Notes: generated from the sequence alone by a model not told the origin. A stretch of 64,000 nt of DNA from a virus (IMGVR_UViG_3300027668_001405:73798-137797); one strand, 5' to 3'; positions 45,551 through 55,600 are shown, counted from the first letter of the stretch. Translations and numbers: made by a program.

Positions 45551-46643
45551 ACACACCCTCGAATTTTTCTCTACCCTCTTTCTTATCATTGCCCACACCG
45601 GGTCTAGTGTTAAGCATCATCTTAATTGTTTCTGTGTGTTTAAACCCACACTTCTCAGCTAATTCAATCCAACGGTCAACTACAAAGTATTCTTTATTAC
45701 CATAGCTTTTATAATCAGCAATGTTAGTAGCAAATACTCCATCTGAGTTTAAACCTTTGTGTATGTTTTGCATTGTGGGTGCAACATATCCTTCAAACCA
45801 ATCATCCATTGTAGTGTATTTAACCATGCACTGCGTTGGTTCGTCTGAGTATTTTTCTAAATTAAAATAAGGTGGGCTACTAAATGCTAAGTCAATATTT
45901 TCGCATTGGTATTCTTCTGAAGGTGAACAAATAATCTCAGAATCATTTCCCATTAATTTATCTAAATAATTTAAATAGTTAAATGTTTCTGTGTTTGGAT
46001 CTGTGCCAATATAAGTGTAGTTCATGTTACTACTATTGATACCCAACAACCTACCTCCGTATCCACAACTGTAATCATATACTCTGCCCCATAGTACAGG
46101 ACATAAACGTTCTGCAATTGCCCTTGCATTTTTAGGTTTAAAGTTTTGTACGTTCTCACCTGTTACTAATTCAAGTGAACGTCTAACGGCTGTAGGATAT
46201 ACTAACTTGTTGCCTTCTCTAAACTCAAAACATATTCTTATAGCTCTGCGTAGTTTTGCATCATTAAAGAACCTGTCTTTTAAACTATTACTACCTCGGC
46301 CTTTTGGTTCAGCTGTTTGCATATTAGTAAATACAAACCTGTTGATTGTTTGACCTTGATTATTTCCAAGTCCTATTCTATTGTTTTCTACTTTGTTGTA
46401 AGATGAAGATTTAAAATTCTTAATTGCAGTTTTTAAACCTTGTTCAGTGAAATAGATAATTGGTACAATACCTCTGTTACGATAGATATTGAATACACGC
46501 TCTATTGTGTCTTGTGGATCTTTTTGATATACTTCGTTGGTAAACGTATCCAATTCACTATAGTGATCTTCATATCCTGTGAACTCATCATTGTGAATGT
46601 GTTCTGGTTTGATACCCCAGAATGAATGGATACGCTCTATCAA
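45534..46643 (-). CDS. Orphan amino-DNA methyltransferase (N6A/N4C type)
   Basis: YDYSCGYGG (motif I) followed by FSSPPYF (motif IV); TTG start with GGAG SD. Confidence 0.85.
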   Translation of the reverse strand: MIERIHSFWGIKPEHIHNDEFTGYEDHYSELDTFTNEVYQKDPQDTIERVFNIYRNRGIVPIIYFTEQGLKTAIKNFKSSSYNKVENNRIGLGNNQGQTINRFVFTNMQTAEPKGRGSNSLKDRFFNDAKLRRAIRICFEFREGNKLVYPTAVRRSLELVTGENVQNFKPKNARAIAERLCPVLWGRVYDYSCGYGGRLLGINSSNMNYTYIGTDPNTETFNYLNYLDKLMGNDSEIICSPSEEYQCENIDLAFSSPPYFNLEKYSDEPTQCMVKYTTMDDWFEGYVAPTMQNIHKGLNSDGVFATNIADYKSYGNKEYFVVDRWIELAEKCGFKHTETIKMMLNTRPGVGNDKKEGREKFEGVYVFTK

Positions 46644-46644
46644 T

Positions 46645-46971
46645 TTACTCTCCTAGAAAGTACTTGAGTAATCCGGTTGTGTAAATGAAAATGGCAACTC
46701 CGTTAATAAAGACTAAGGCTCTATCATGCCATATCATACCAACTACTAACCAACCAGTAACTCCAATAAGAGAAATAAGCATACTCCATGGATGAACGTT
46801 TGCACTTACTAACGCCATACCACAAAGAATAAAGAAACTAGCTGTCCATTTAATATACCAGTCTGTAGTATGTAATGGAGTAATTTTCTTAAAGACTCTA
46901 GTGGAGTCTAACTTCTTGATCTTCTCATCAAGTTTTACCCGAGCTACTTGCTCAATACTTTCCTTGGCCAT
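46645..46971 (-). CDS. Small membrane protein
   Basis: DWYIKWTAS and three TM segments. Confidence 0.65.
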   Translation of the reverse strand: MAKESIEQVARVKLDEKIKKLDSTRVFKKITPLHTTDWYIKWTASFFILCGMALVSANVHPWSMLISLIGVTGWLVVGMIWHDRALVFINGVAIFIYTTGLLKYFLGE

Positions 46972-47228
46972 TAGTCTGCTCGTCCAACAACTTCGAGAAT
47001 AGTTTCAAGTGTATCGAAATCATCTCTGTGCTTGTGGAATTCTGCTTTGTGTGCAACTTTGATTGCTTTAGTTAACACTCCGGGCTTAATGCCCATTTCT
47101 TCAGCAATATGTTTTACAGTATCTCGAAGACCCTCATTTAAAGTCTCGACCTCTGTCATAACATGTGTGCCTTCTGTGATAAGCTGTTTTAGCTTATTGA
47201 TATCTTCCGTACCGAACGTAATGCTCAT
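46971..47228 (-). CDS. DsbA/GapR-like dsDNA-binding protein
   Basis: KLKQLI..EVETL..DTVKHIAEEMGIKPGVLTKAIKVAHK helical pattern; first gene after a strong promoter. Confidence 0.6.
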   Translation of the reverse strand: MSITFGTEDINKLKQLITEGTHVMTEVETLNEGLRDTVKHIAEEMGIKPGVLTKAIKVAHKAEFHKHRDDFDTLETILEVVGRAD

Positions 47229-47255
47229 AGTTTACTTCTCCTGTGTTAATATGTT

Positions 47256-47284
47256 ATTATACAGTTATTTTAAGCAATTGTCAA
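47256..47284 (-). promoter_or_regulatory. Sigma70 promoter heading the MTase-radical SAM-polymerase unit
   Basis: TTGACA-N17-TATAAT. Confidence 0.88.
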
Positions 47285-48136
47285 TTGATTTCTGATGATA
47301 TTTTGTACCTTTTGCGTGATTAGTTTAATATCTGCTTCTTCGCCACGGTTTCTACGAACGGCTTCTAGCGTTGCTAGTGCAAACATTGTTTTAGCTTGTA
47401 AGGTCTCAAAATTGTGTTGATACTGCTGATACAGGTAACTAATTGTCTTTAACTTGTTAGCTACTGTGTTAAGGTTGATATCCCATTTGTGATATCCGTT
47501 ATGTTGCTTATATTCAGTTATCCATGGTTTCATATTTGTATTAGGTTTAATTCCTAACTTGCTATATGTTGCTGTAGCATCTTCTAACCAATCGTCCATT
47601 TCTAGTATTACATCTGTATGTCTTGCCCAGTCAATGTCTTGATTTTGATATTGGTTATATACGTACTTCCAGGTTTCTTTTAAACTTACAAACTTATTCA
47701 TTTCGTCGCTGTATTCACGCTTTAAGAATAAGTCCATATACTTATAACTGTTTTTGCCCATTGCAGTAGTAATTACTTTGATTGGGAGGTTATGCGTATC
47801 TCTCCATTCAATTAATTGTTCTGTGTTTGTAGCATGTGTAAACAATGCAATATTCTTATCTGTGGATAAGTTTTTCCATTGTAAACATAAATCTTGGATT
47901 GTTTTAAGAGACATCGTTTCATTGTTTCTTGCGGTGTGAGTGTATATTGATGCATACGAAGTTGGAATATTCCACCAATCTTCTATTACTGTTGCACTGT
48001 TAAACTCTGCACCGGGTTCTTCTAGCCAAAGGTTTTTGTGTACTATATTATAAAATTCAGGGCTTTGATTAATTATGTATGTTAACGCACTTGCACTGAT
48101 TGCACTACGGGTACATACTAGATATATTTGATTCAT
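47270..48136 (-). CDS. Sulfotransferase/P-loop-like hypothetical protein
   Basis: LVCTRSAISASAL start, ALFTH; weak. Confidence 0.4.
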   Translation of the reverse strand: MNQIYLVCTRSAISASALTYIINQSPEFYNIVHKNLWLEEPGAEFNSATVIEDWWNIPTSYASIYTHTARNNETMSLKTIQDLCLQWKNLSTDKNIALFTHATNTEQLIEWRDTHNLPIKVITTAMGKNSYKYMDLFLKREYSDEMNKFVSLKETWKYVYNQYQNQDIDWARHTDVILEMDDWLEDATATYSKLGIKPNTNMKPWITEYKQHNGYHKWDINLNTVANKLKTISYLYQQYQHNFETLQAKTMFALATLEAVRRNRGEEADIKLITQKVQNIIRNQLTIA

Positions 48137-48915
48137 TTATTCATGAATACTTTGGGTAGGTAGTTCCATGCTTTGCCTTGTATTTTCCATTGCATATAAT
48201 CGTATCCTTCCCATTGAGTAAATCGGGGTAATGATGGGTCAAACACTTTACGAGTAACGGGATCAGTAAACTGTTCGGCTTCTGGTCCAAAGCATACTGC
48301 TACACCTGGGTCGAACCAAATAGCATCATTAGCCTGTTCATTGGAAACCTGGTTGGGCTTTGTTCCATCTCTATTACCAAAGATTCCTGTTAGCTTGTCT
48401 TCATAATTATTCCACATCCAGTTAGTAAAGTATGCTATTTTCTGGTCTTCATTGCCTTCATGAAACTGACCTTCTGTGCAACGAAATGTTCCTACTTTAT
48501 GTCCTAGGTTTAATATCTCACTAAGTAGTACACCAAGTCCCATACCTTCGTGTCTAGTAGCTAATTCGTGTATAACTTTTTCTTTATGTTCTTCTGAATA
48601 CAACCATGTGCTTGGTCCACTCTTAACACATAGGAACATAGCTGGTGCTTGTGCTACTGGTATCATGTACTCACGTGGAATATCGGGATGTTTAACATCA
48701 TTTTTAGGCTGCCAGTATATGTTTTTAAGTAGCCAGTGTCTTATATCTGAATCGCTATCGTCAAGATAGATCCAAATATCAGATTTAGCATCACATTGTA
48801 ATGGTAGGTTGTTTAGAACTGTTTCTAGATGATCTATATGTTCTTTAGGTATTGTTCGGTTGGTCTCTGAAAATTTTCTAACGGTATATCGATTAGTCCA
48901 CTGTTTAGCGTCCAT
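48133..48915 (-). CDS. Nitroreductase-fold protein
   Basis: WTNRYTVRKFS, AQAPAMFL, EGMGLG..LGHKVGTFRC. Confidence 0.55.
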   Translation of the reverse strand: MDAKQWTNRYTVRKFSETNRTIPKEHIDHLETVLNNLPLQCDAKSDIWIYLDDSDSDIRHWLLKNIYWQPKNDVKHPDIPREYMIPVAQAPAMFLCVKSGPSTWLYSEEHKEKVIHELATRHEGMGLGVLLSEILNLGHKVGTFRCTEGQFHEGNEDQKIAYFTNWMWNNYEDKLTGIFGNRDGTKPNQVSNEQANDAIWFDPGVAVCFGPEAEQFTDPVTRKVFDPSLPRFTQWEGYDYMQWKIQGKAWNYLPKVFMNK

Positions 48916-48918
48916 TGC

Positions 48919-49203
48919 CTATCGCCTCTTTTTCTCAAGTGCTTTTATACGTTTTTCTAATTCTTCTATTTTTATAGTTAGTTTTGGATTGGCTGCTTTC
49001 CATGCATCTGGGTTATGCTGTAACCAAGTAAAGCCCCAACGATTAACTAAAAAGTCTAACGTTGCTTGCCACTTGTTAATAGCCCAAAAAGCCATGTAAG
49101 TATCTTTAATCCAATATATGAATAAAGCACCAAATATACTACCTGCTAGTGCTGTCCAGATCCATAACCTGTTTGTCGCCATTTCTAATATAGTATCCCA
49201 CAT
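48919..49203 (-). CDS. Small membrane protein with coiled-coil tail
   Basis: TM segment WIWTALAGSIFGALFIYW and KIEELEKRIKALEK; a holin role is possible but unsupported. Confidence 0.65.
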   Translation of the reverse strand: MWDTILEMATNRLWIWTALAGSIFGALFIYWIKDTYMAFWAINKWQATLDFLVNRWGFTWLQHNPDAWKAANPKLTIKIEELEKRIKALEKKRR

Positions 49204-50279
49204 TATGCGTTCGCCCTGTTAAGTGTTAGCTGTGCCCACTGTTCTCTACCTGCACCAGCTTGTGTTGGTATAATACTAATGCTTGTCGAAGCACTATGTC
49301 CGCCTCGTCTAAAGGCAATTAAATCATTTTCGTTTTTAATCATTGCAAACTTTTGGTTAGGAAAACTGCATAGCAATAATGCATCAAAGTCATCTCTATT
49401 TTTATACCATGCAAAGTTAGCTTTTAAATAAGCATCTTCTATTGCTATTGGATCATCTGTCGATTCAAATGCTTTTACAACAGGATCTGCAAAACTATCT
49501 AAATCCATTTTTAGTAGCTCTGACATTAAAGCCCTTCTATTATTTCTACTGGCTGGATCCGATAATGGTAAGTCAATTGCTAGTGCTTTAATAAATGGAC
49601 CAAGACCTAAACTGCCGCCTTTGCCTCCAATAGCACCTATAATTGATTCAAGACCCAATTGATTAGCAAATTTGTCTAGTATTGAACGTTTAGCTTTTTG
49701 TGATCCGCCGCCGTAACCTATACGTCCGCCTGTGCTTGATACTGCTGATTTTAATTCAACTTTACCAATGCCATCAATTTCTAGATCACCTTCGCCACTT
49801 GCTAGTCTAATTTTATTACTTAAACATGCTAGTGCGTATTCGCCTGGGCCTTTTTGTTTACGCCCTGTTCCGTAGTTCTTTAAATCGTGGAATACTTTTA
49901 GTGCTGTTGGGTGTGTAAATACATTTGAAAAACTTGTTAATGGTGAGTCCAAACTTCCGATATCAATAACTCCACCTTTTCCTAGCTGGTCTGTCATTTC
50001 TGATATTGACTTATAATCACTATCTGCATCAGCAATAATTTTAGTTAAGTCTTGCATAACTAAAGTCTTTTCTTTATCACTTAATGGTTCACCTTCTAAA
50101 GGAACGTTAAACGCTTGTGCGACATTATCGCCAATTACTCCGGTATTTAATATTCTATAAATTTTGTCTAACAGTTTAGCATCTTCTTCATTGTCTGCTT
50201 TTAAGCCTGCAATCTTGGACACAATGTTTTGTTGTTCCGTTGACAAGTCTTCATATTCGAATAATTTTTGTAGTCTCAT
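49203..50279 (-). CDS. Late protein with PD-(D/E)xK nuclease-like motif
   Basis: GPGEYALA..GDLEIDGIGKVELKS; perfect TATAAATA upstream. Confidence 0.55.
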   Translation of the reverse strand: MRLQKLFEYEDLSTEQQNIVSKIAGLKADNEEDAKLLDKIYRILNTGVIGDNVAQAFNVPLEGEPLSDKEKTLVMQDLTKIIADADSDYKSISEMTDQLGKGGVIDIGSLDSPLTSFSNVFTHPTALKVFHDLKNYGTGRKQKGPGEYALACLSNKIRLASGEGDLEIDGIGKVELKSAVSSTGGRIGYGGGSQKAKRSILDKFANQLGLESIIGAIGGKGGSLGLGPFIKALAIDLPLSDPASRNNRRALMSELLKMDLDSFADPVVKAFESTDDPIAIEDAYLKANFAWYKNRDDFDALLLCSFPNQKFAMIKNENDLIAFRRGGHSASTSISIIPTQAGAGREQWAQLTLNRANA

Positions 50280-50305
50280 AGTTTTACTTCCTTTTGTATA
50301 CAGTA

Positions 50306-50953
50306 CTATTTATAATAAAAACCTATTTGTGCATTGGACAAATTGCCATCTGCATCATCTTCGGCTTTCTTAAAAACATATCCACATTGTTCAAATTCCA
50401 TGAACATTTGCGGGTCTTCATGTGCCCATATAGGTATAACTATATTTGCCCACTTAGGGTAACTAATGTTGTGCTTAAGATGCACTTCAATTACTTTCCC
50501 ACCCTTAAAATCAATGTTTATATGCTTTGCCGCTGTTAACGTGTCGACCCAATCCGGTAGTTCTAACTTAGGCAGTGGATCAACTCTTGTCCATTTGTTA
50601 AACGTTGTAAGGTTGCTCATATGATGATGGCCTTGCATCGCTTGCTGTGGATATAACTCTCCTTTACGGAAAGTATAATCTACACTAATTAAATCACCTT
50701 CAAAAAACTCACACCAAAAATGTCCTGGTGTGGTAATAGTTTCACCTTCTTTAAGTTCTACTATCCTAGCTGATACAGACATATTACTTAAATTGATAAT
50801 AGGTCTCTCAACATACTTGCCAGTCTTTGGAACTGGCACTGTGCTAGGTCCACATAAGTATCCAAGTTTTTCACTTAGTTCTAACTTATTGTAAACCCAT
50901 TTTAACGTTGGATAATTAACCCAACTATCTGCGTTCTTTAATAGATCGTCCAT
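50306..50953 (-). CDS. Hypothetical protein, ATP-grasp-like
   Basis: YVERPIINL, EFFEGDLISVDY, KVIEVHL; tentative. Confidence 0.4.
   Translation of the reverse strand: MDDLLKNADSWVNYPTLKWVYNKLELSEKLGYLCGPSTVPVPKTGKYVERPIINLSNMSVSARIVELKEGETITTPGHFWCEFFEGDLISVDYTFRKGELYPQQAMQGHHHMSNLTTFNKWTRVDPLPKLELPDWVDTLTAAKHINIDFKGGKVIEVHLKHNISYPKWANIVIPIWAHEDPQMFMEFEQCGYVFKKAEDDADGNLSNAQIGFYYK
50307..50314 (-). promoter_or_regulatory. T4-consensus late promoter TATAAATA
   Basis: Exact match, upstream of AAGGAAG SD and ATG 50279. Confidence 0.7.
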
Positions 50954-51146
50954 TTTGTATTCCAGTACACTGTGTACATCTACAACTATCGCATGCTTTT
51001 ATTGAATATGGCTGATGGCCATTGTTTGCATCGACTGCATAGTGTTTCACTTGTTCCCAACGTGCAGACCCACAGTGACTTGGACTTCCACAATTCTGGC
51101 AACTACTGCCTGTATGTCCTACTGCTTTGTTAACGAATTCTACCAT
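50925..51146 (-). CDS. Small Cys/His zinc-binding-like protein
   Basis: CQNCGSPSHCG..ACDSCRCTQC. Confidence 0.6.
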   Translation of the reverse strand: MVEFVNKAVGHTGSSCQNCGSPSHCGSARWEQVKHYAVDANNGHQPYSIKACDSCRCTQCTGIQNGRSIKERR

Positions 51147-51205
51147 TTGGCGATCGCTTTATACAACTGTTGTTGGGTATTTGCGTTCTGAAATCTGTTA
51201 ATCAA

Positions 51206-51469
51206 TTACTTGATTGCTTTCCATAACTGTGTTACTAACTTGTCTTTAGTAAGCCGTCTATCAAGTTCAATACCATGTATTCTACCAATCTCTTCTAGCT
51301 TGGCTTTTGATAATGAAGAAAGATCTTTCTTTGCTTTAAAAGTAGGCTTGATTACTAATTCGTTTGTAACGTCTTTAGCTTTCTTAGCTGTCTTCTTAAC
51401 TTCTTTTGTCAGTACTAATGCTTCTTCAACTGGTGCTGAGTGAAACATTGTTGTTATCCATTTAAACAT
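51206..51469 (-). CDS. Basic protein with HeH/Rho-N-like C-terminus
   Basis: LSKAKLEEIGRIHGIELDRRLTKDKLV; AGGAG SD. Confidence 0.6.
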   Translation of the reverse strand: MFKWITTMFHSAPVEEALVLTKEVKKTAKKAKDVTNELVIKPTFKAKKDLSSLSKAKLEEIGRIHGIELDRRLTKDKLVTQLWKAIK

Positions 51470-51501
51470 ATTTTTCTCCTAGTTTAACTAATACGGATGT
51501 A

Positions 51502-52803
51502 TTAGCTTTTCTTTCTGTTTGCCAGCCATTTAACTCTTTCCTCAATTCGGTTAGCGTTGTTACGACTGTCTTCTTTCTTAGTTATATATCTTAATAACTG
51601 TGTTTTAACTCCTGTTGGAACACCTTCTTCATACTCTTTGGTATCCATTTTGTAGACACTAATGTCTTCATCACTAAATGGTGTACCGCCTTGTATATCA
51701 TGTCCAACATGAATCTGTGATTTGTTTCCACTTGTATTATTATAGTCTATTCTTGCGTCTAAGTCAAGTGCTTTTACTTCTTTATCTGAAGCTTTTTCTA
51801 CGCCTACAAAGTTAGCTTTATCGTTCTGTCTATGTCCACCACCTGTTACAGTACCAGTATTACGGTATGATACTTTATAGTACTCACCATCTGGACCATT
51901 AATGTAGTCAACATTTTTTGCTAACAAGTCTAATTCGTTTAACGAGTGTTGCTTGGCATCTACTCTTACGTGTGGTACTTTATGTACAACGTTTGCAACT
52001 TCAAGTAAACCTAAATTATCTAATTCATCATTTATCCACTGATACGGGTCGCCATCTCTAGCTTTTTGTGTACCATATGGCATATCGCCGTTGTCTGAAA
52101 AGTATGAAAATAATTCATAGTATATTTCATCAAAGTCCATAATATCAGCACCTTGCTTTAACTGTTCCCATTCTTTTGGATACTTAGCTAATATGGTTTC
52201 TGGAGAACTTGATGCACTGAAATAAGCATCTGCTTCGTTAGTATGGCTATCTTCCATTTTAGCAAATCTATCTCTTTGTGCTTTTTTAGCGGCTTCATCT
52301 TCGGCATCCATCTTTGCAACACTAGCGTCTCTATGCTTTTGTAAAGCATCGCCTTTTAGTTTGTGTGCTAAGTCTGCATTGCCATCACCATTGCCTGCTA
52401 AACTCTTACCACCATTATAAGCGCCTGCTTTAGCCGCTTGGTCTGATGCACTTGATCTAGCTTCTTCAACTCCACGTTGACTACCAATGTGATTCTTAAT
52501 CATTGCTTTAATATCTTCGCCTGCAATTCTAAATGCACTAGCAAACTCACGTTCACTCATGCCCATTGCATCAGCAAGTCCAGGTTCGCCATCGCCTCTG
52601 TACATATCCCATAATTCTTGATACGTACCTTCTGCTAACATAGTATCCCATGTTAAATTAAGTTTACGTGTTGACACTTCCATAGCAATTTCTTTAGCCG
52701 AGAATCTATCATGTGCTTGACTAGTATATTTACGTAGGTCTCTGTTCTTCATTGTTTCCAACGTTTCGCCTAATCTTAAAAATGATCCATTGCTAAATTT
52801 CAT
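51502..52803 (-). CDS. Multi-module putative internal head protein
   Basis: Acidic modules separated by VEE/TNE/LLE sites; lies in the late block. Confidence 0.55.
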   Translation of the reverse strand: MKFSNGSFLRLGETLETMKNRDLRKYTSQAHDRFSAKEIAMEVSTRKLNLTWDTMLAEGTYQELWDMYRGDGEPGLADAMGMSEREFASAFRIAGEDIKAMIKNHIGSQRGVEEARSSASDQAAKAGAYNGGKSLAGNGDGNADLAHKLKGDALQKHRDASVAKMDAEDEAAKKAQRDRFAKMEDSHTNEADAYFSASSSPETILAKYPKEWEQLKQGADIMDFDEIYYELFSYFSDNGDMPYGTQKARDGDPYQWINDELDNLGLLEVANVVHKVPHVRVDAKQHSLNELDLLAKNVDYINGPDGEYYKVSYRNTGTVTGGGHRQNDKANFVGVEKASDKEVKALDLDARIDYNNTSGNKSQIHVGHDIQGGTPFSDEDISVYKMDTKEYEEGVPTGVKTQLLRYITKKEDSRNNANRIEERVKWLANRKKS

Positions 52804-52807
52804 GTGC

Positions 52808-52966
52808 TTAGTCCTTAATAATTGTTTTTACTTTTGTTTCAGATGGCTTACTAGCTGACTGAAGTAGTAGTGACTTAGGAACTGCTATCTTTGCAGTATC
52901 GCCTGTAGTCTTGCCTACATCTATCTTGTTAAGTAATTGTCTCATACTCTCTGTTGCTTTTGACAT
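52808..52966 (-). CDS. Small 52-aa protein (not in the track)
   Basis: MSKATESMRQLLNKID...; AGGAG SD. Confidence 0.6.
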   Translation of the reverse strand: MSKATESMRQLLNKIDVGKTTGDTAKIAVPKSLLLQSASKPSETKVKTIIKD

Positions 52967-52975
52967 AGTTATCTC

Positions 52976-53182
52976 CTATTTCTTTTTAGATTTATTAAAA
53001 ATTCCATCAGCAATGCCTCTACGTTTTTTCTTAGGTGCTTTTACTACTGGAGCTTCTTGTTTTATTTCTGCAGGCTTTACGACTGCTGGTTTAGTAGCAA
53101 CTGCTGTTTCTGGCTCTGCAGATGCTAATTGTTGGCGTCTTGCTTCTGCATTGGCCAATTGTTGTTCATTCATGTGATCCAT
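52976..53182 (-). CDS. Small Ala/Pro/Lys-rich protein
   Basis: MDHMNEQQLANAE..; follows the previous stop. Confidence 0.55.
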   Translation of the reverse strand: MDHMNEQQLANAEARRQQLASAEPETAVATKPAVVKPAEIKQEAPVVKAPKKKRRGIADGIFNKSKKK

Positions 53183-53183
53183 A

Positions 53184-54845
53184 TTAGTTTCCTGCTTTTT
53201 TCTTAGCATTAGCTAGTGCATTTTTAAACATGTCTTTTGCTACTACTTTTAATTCACCTGTACGTTTTTCGTCAAACGCCATATCTTCTTTAACTGAAGC
53301 AAACACAGGCTTATCATAAAAACCTTTTTTCTTTAGTTTCTTTGGTTGATTTGGTTGCTTTGGGTCTTTTGGTGCTGGTTTACTTGGTTGTGGCACTGCC
53401 GGTTTACTTGGTTTATTTGGTACTGGCATTGGCTCTACACTTGGTTTTGGTGAAGGTTGTGCTGGTTTACTTGGTGGTTTTTTCTGCATTGGTTTTTTTG
53501 GTGCGTCAGGAGCACTAGGCTTGTGGTGGGGGTGTTTGTGAGCACCAAAGTCTTCTTTAATATCTTTAGCTTTAGGCTTATCGTGTCCCCAACCTTTTTT
53601 CTTTAACTCTAAATGATCAGCTTCAACTTTACACATTTTGCCTTTTCCTGTTTTAGGATCGTACATCATGTGTGGTTTAAACTTGTCACCAGCTTTGCTT
53701 TCTGAAACCTTTTGAGCAATGTTTTTAAATACATATGCTGGGTCGCCTGCTTTATAACGTTGCCAAGCTGGAGTATTAGCATTTTTATCTGCTTGTGTTA
53801 CTTCCATCTTTGGTGTATCAATATTGTCAGCTCCGCCACTGCCTTCGTTTCTCAACGGTGCATTTGGTAAGTCCATTTCTTTCCAGTCTTCGTATGTAAT
53901 GTATATGTCTGAATCTGGATCGTAGTAAGAACCTTCTCTTGGATCATAATATACTACTTTGCCAATACGTGTCATAAACGGACCTTCTAATCCATCACGT
54001 TCTTGATATCTATCTTTATCAATTGGCTTCATTGATTCCCAATCTTCTTGTAACGCTGAATCGTGCATACGTTCAGGTATCTTTCCAAGTGGAATAGGTC
54101 TAGCATGTTTTAAATCTGCGTTTGCAACTGAACCTTCATAACCGTATGAACGATCAAATATATGTTCCCATCCGCCTTCTGCTGTTTTACGTATATAAGA
54201 TATTGATGTGTCTGGATAAGAAATTAATGCGTATTCACTTGCACTAACACTTTCAGCACTTTCATATGCGCCTGCGGCTAACATATCTTCTGGTCCTTGC
54301 GGCATTACTGCTGGTAAGTTTTCGTCTCCCATATCAGGTGACATTTGTGGCTCTACATCCTGCTCCATAGCATTGTATTCAGTGTAACGACGAACTGCAT
54401 CAATGTCTTTGCTGGATTGAGCTATTTTAGACTGTACCCAAGGCTCTAAATCTTCTTGGTCTTTAATTATACCGTGTAGTGTAATTGCATCTCTAGCTAG
54501 GAAGTATAACTGTGAACGTGCCATAAAGCCGTCTTCGTCATCTCCGTCTAGTATGCCTTCTGCTACCATGCCTACTGGAGTTTTATTTGTAATTTTTTTC
54601 TTCTTACTTAAAGACTCCATAGCTTCATCGTCCATATGGCCCATTGCGCCATAGTGTGCAGCTTCTAGCATTTCATAAGCATTTGATAATGCTTCTGCTA
54701 CGTCTTTTAGATATGATGGATCTCCACCTATATCCATGACTGCTTTCTCTAAACCTTTTCCAGGTTGAAAAGCCTTTTCAAGTTTGTTTACTTCGTCCAT
54801 ACATCTTGTGAATGTATTTTCTATTCTATTTTCGGGGTTGCTCAT
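53184..54845 (-). CDS. Multi-module putative internal head protein with Pro/Lys-rich segment
   Basis: Distinct modules bounded by VAE, LQE, VSE, IKE, VKE; three PSKPA repeats. Confidence 0.65.
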   Translation of the reverse strand: MSNPENRIENTFTRCMDEVNKLEKAFQPGKGLEKAVMDIGGDPSYLKDVAEALSNAYEMLEAAHYGAMGHMDDEAMESLSKKKKITNKTPVGMVAEGILDGDDEDGFMARSQLYFLARDAITLHGIIKDQEDLEPWVQSKIAQSSKDIDAVRRYTEYNAMEQDVEPQMSPDMGDENLPAVMPQGPEDMLAAGAYESAESVSASEYALISYPDTSISYIRKTAEGGWEHIFDRSYGYEGSVANADLKHARPIPLGKIPERMHDSALQEDWESMKPIDKDRYQERDGLEGPFMTRIGKVVYYDPREGSYYDPDSDIYITYEDWKEMDLPNAPLRNEGSGGADNIDTPKMEVTQADKNANTPAWQRYKAGDPAYVFKNIAQKVSESKAGDKFKPHMMYDPKTGKGKMCKVEADHLELKKKGWGHDKPKAKDIKEDFGAHKHPHHKPSAPDAPKKPMQKKPPSKPAQPSPKPSVEPMPVPNKPSKPAVPQPSKPAPKDPKQPNQPKKLKKKGFYDKPVFASVKEDMAFDEKRTGELKVVAKDMFKNALANAKKKAGN

Positions 54846-54850
54846 TGTCG

Positions 54851-55600
54851 TTACCTTTTTTGTATGCCACGACTGTTCTTACCGCCGCGTTTTCTAATTT
54901 CTTCTAACTCTTTATAAGTGTCAGTAATAGCTTTAATAAATGACTGTACTAAACCTTTATTTAGGTTGTACTCTACATTGTCCCAATTACCATCTTTAGC
55001 AAAACCTGCCATCTCAATGAACATTCGTTCTACTTTTGTTTCCAATGTATTTAAATTTAAACGACCATATCCCTGAATTAATACTTCGGGATTCATTTGG
55101 TCTTCTTCGTTGTTTGCATAAATGCTTTCTGTTGCAGGTTGTTGATCATTGCCATAGTAATTATTAATAGTTGTATTGCCTGATTCTTTTTCTTTATCAC
55201 CTGCCATATAATCTTTAAGTTTTTTTCCACCATACAACACAGCTATTACAGCCGCTGCAGGAAGTTTATATTTCCATACAAGATTAGCTGTTGTTTCAAT
55301 TGCTTCGTTGTCCATTAGGTCGCCGACATATTCTCTTACCATCTCAACAACATCATGTACACTTTTAAATATATAACCTGCTCCAGCCCATTTTAAAGTT
55401 GTGCCTGGGTTTTTAACTATAACTTTAGCAGTGTTAACTACACCCGGTTTTACTAGTTTGGATGCTGCTCTACCGCCTTTATATAGTTTATATAATGCTG
55501 GTCCACCTACTCTAACTGCTGTTGCTAATGCTGGTAATAGCCATACCCATTCATTTAACTGCTGTCTTTCTTCAGTGATTTTTAATTGGTTATAATTCAT
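54851..55600 (-). CDS. Putative virion protein with hydrophobic segments
   Basis: KITEE..LNEWVWLLPALATAV; downstream of a late motif. Confidence 0.55.
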   Translation of the reverse strand: MNYNQLKITEERQQLNEWVWLLPALATAVRVGGPALYKLYKGGRAASKLVKPGVVNTAKVIVKNPGTTLKWAGAGYIFKSVHDVVEMVREYVGDLMDNEAIETTANLVWKYKLPAAAVIAVLYGGKKLKDYMAGDKEKESGNTTINNYYGNDQQPATESIYANNEEDQMNPEVLIQGYGRLNLNTLETKVERMFIEMAGFAKDGNWDNVEYNLNKGLVQSFIKAITDTYKELEEIRKRGGKNSRGIQKR

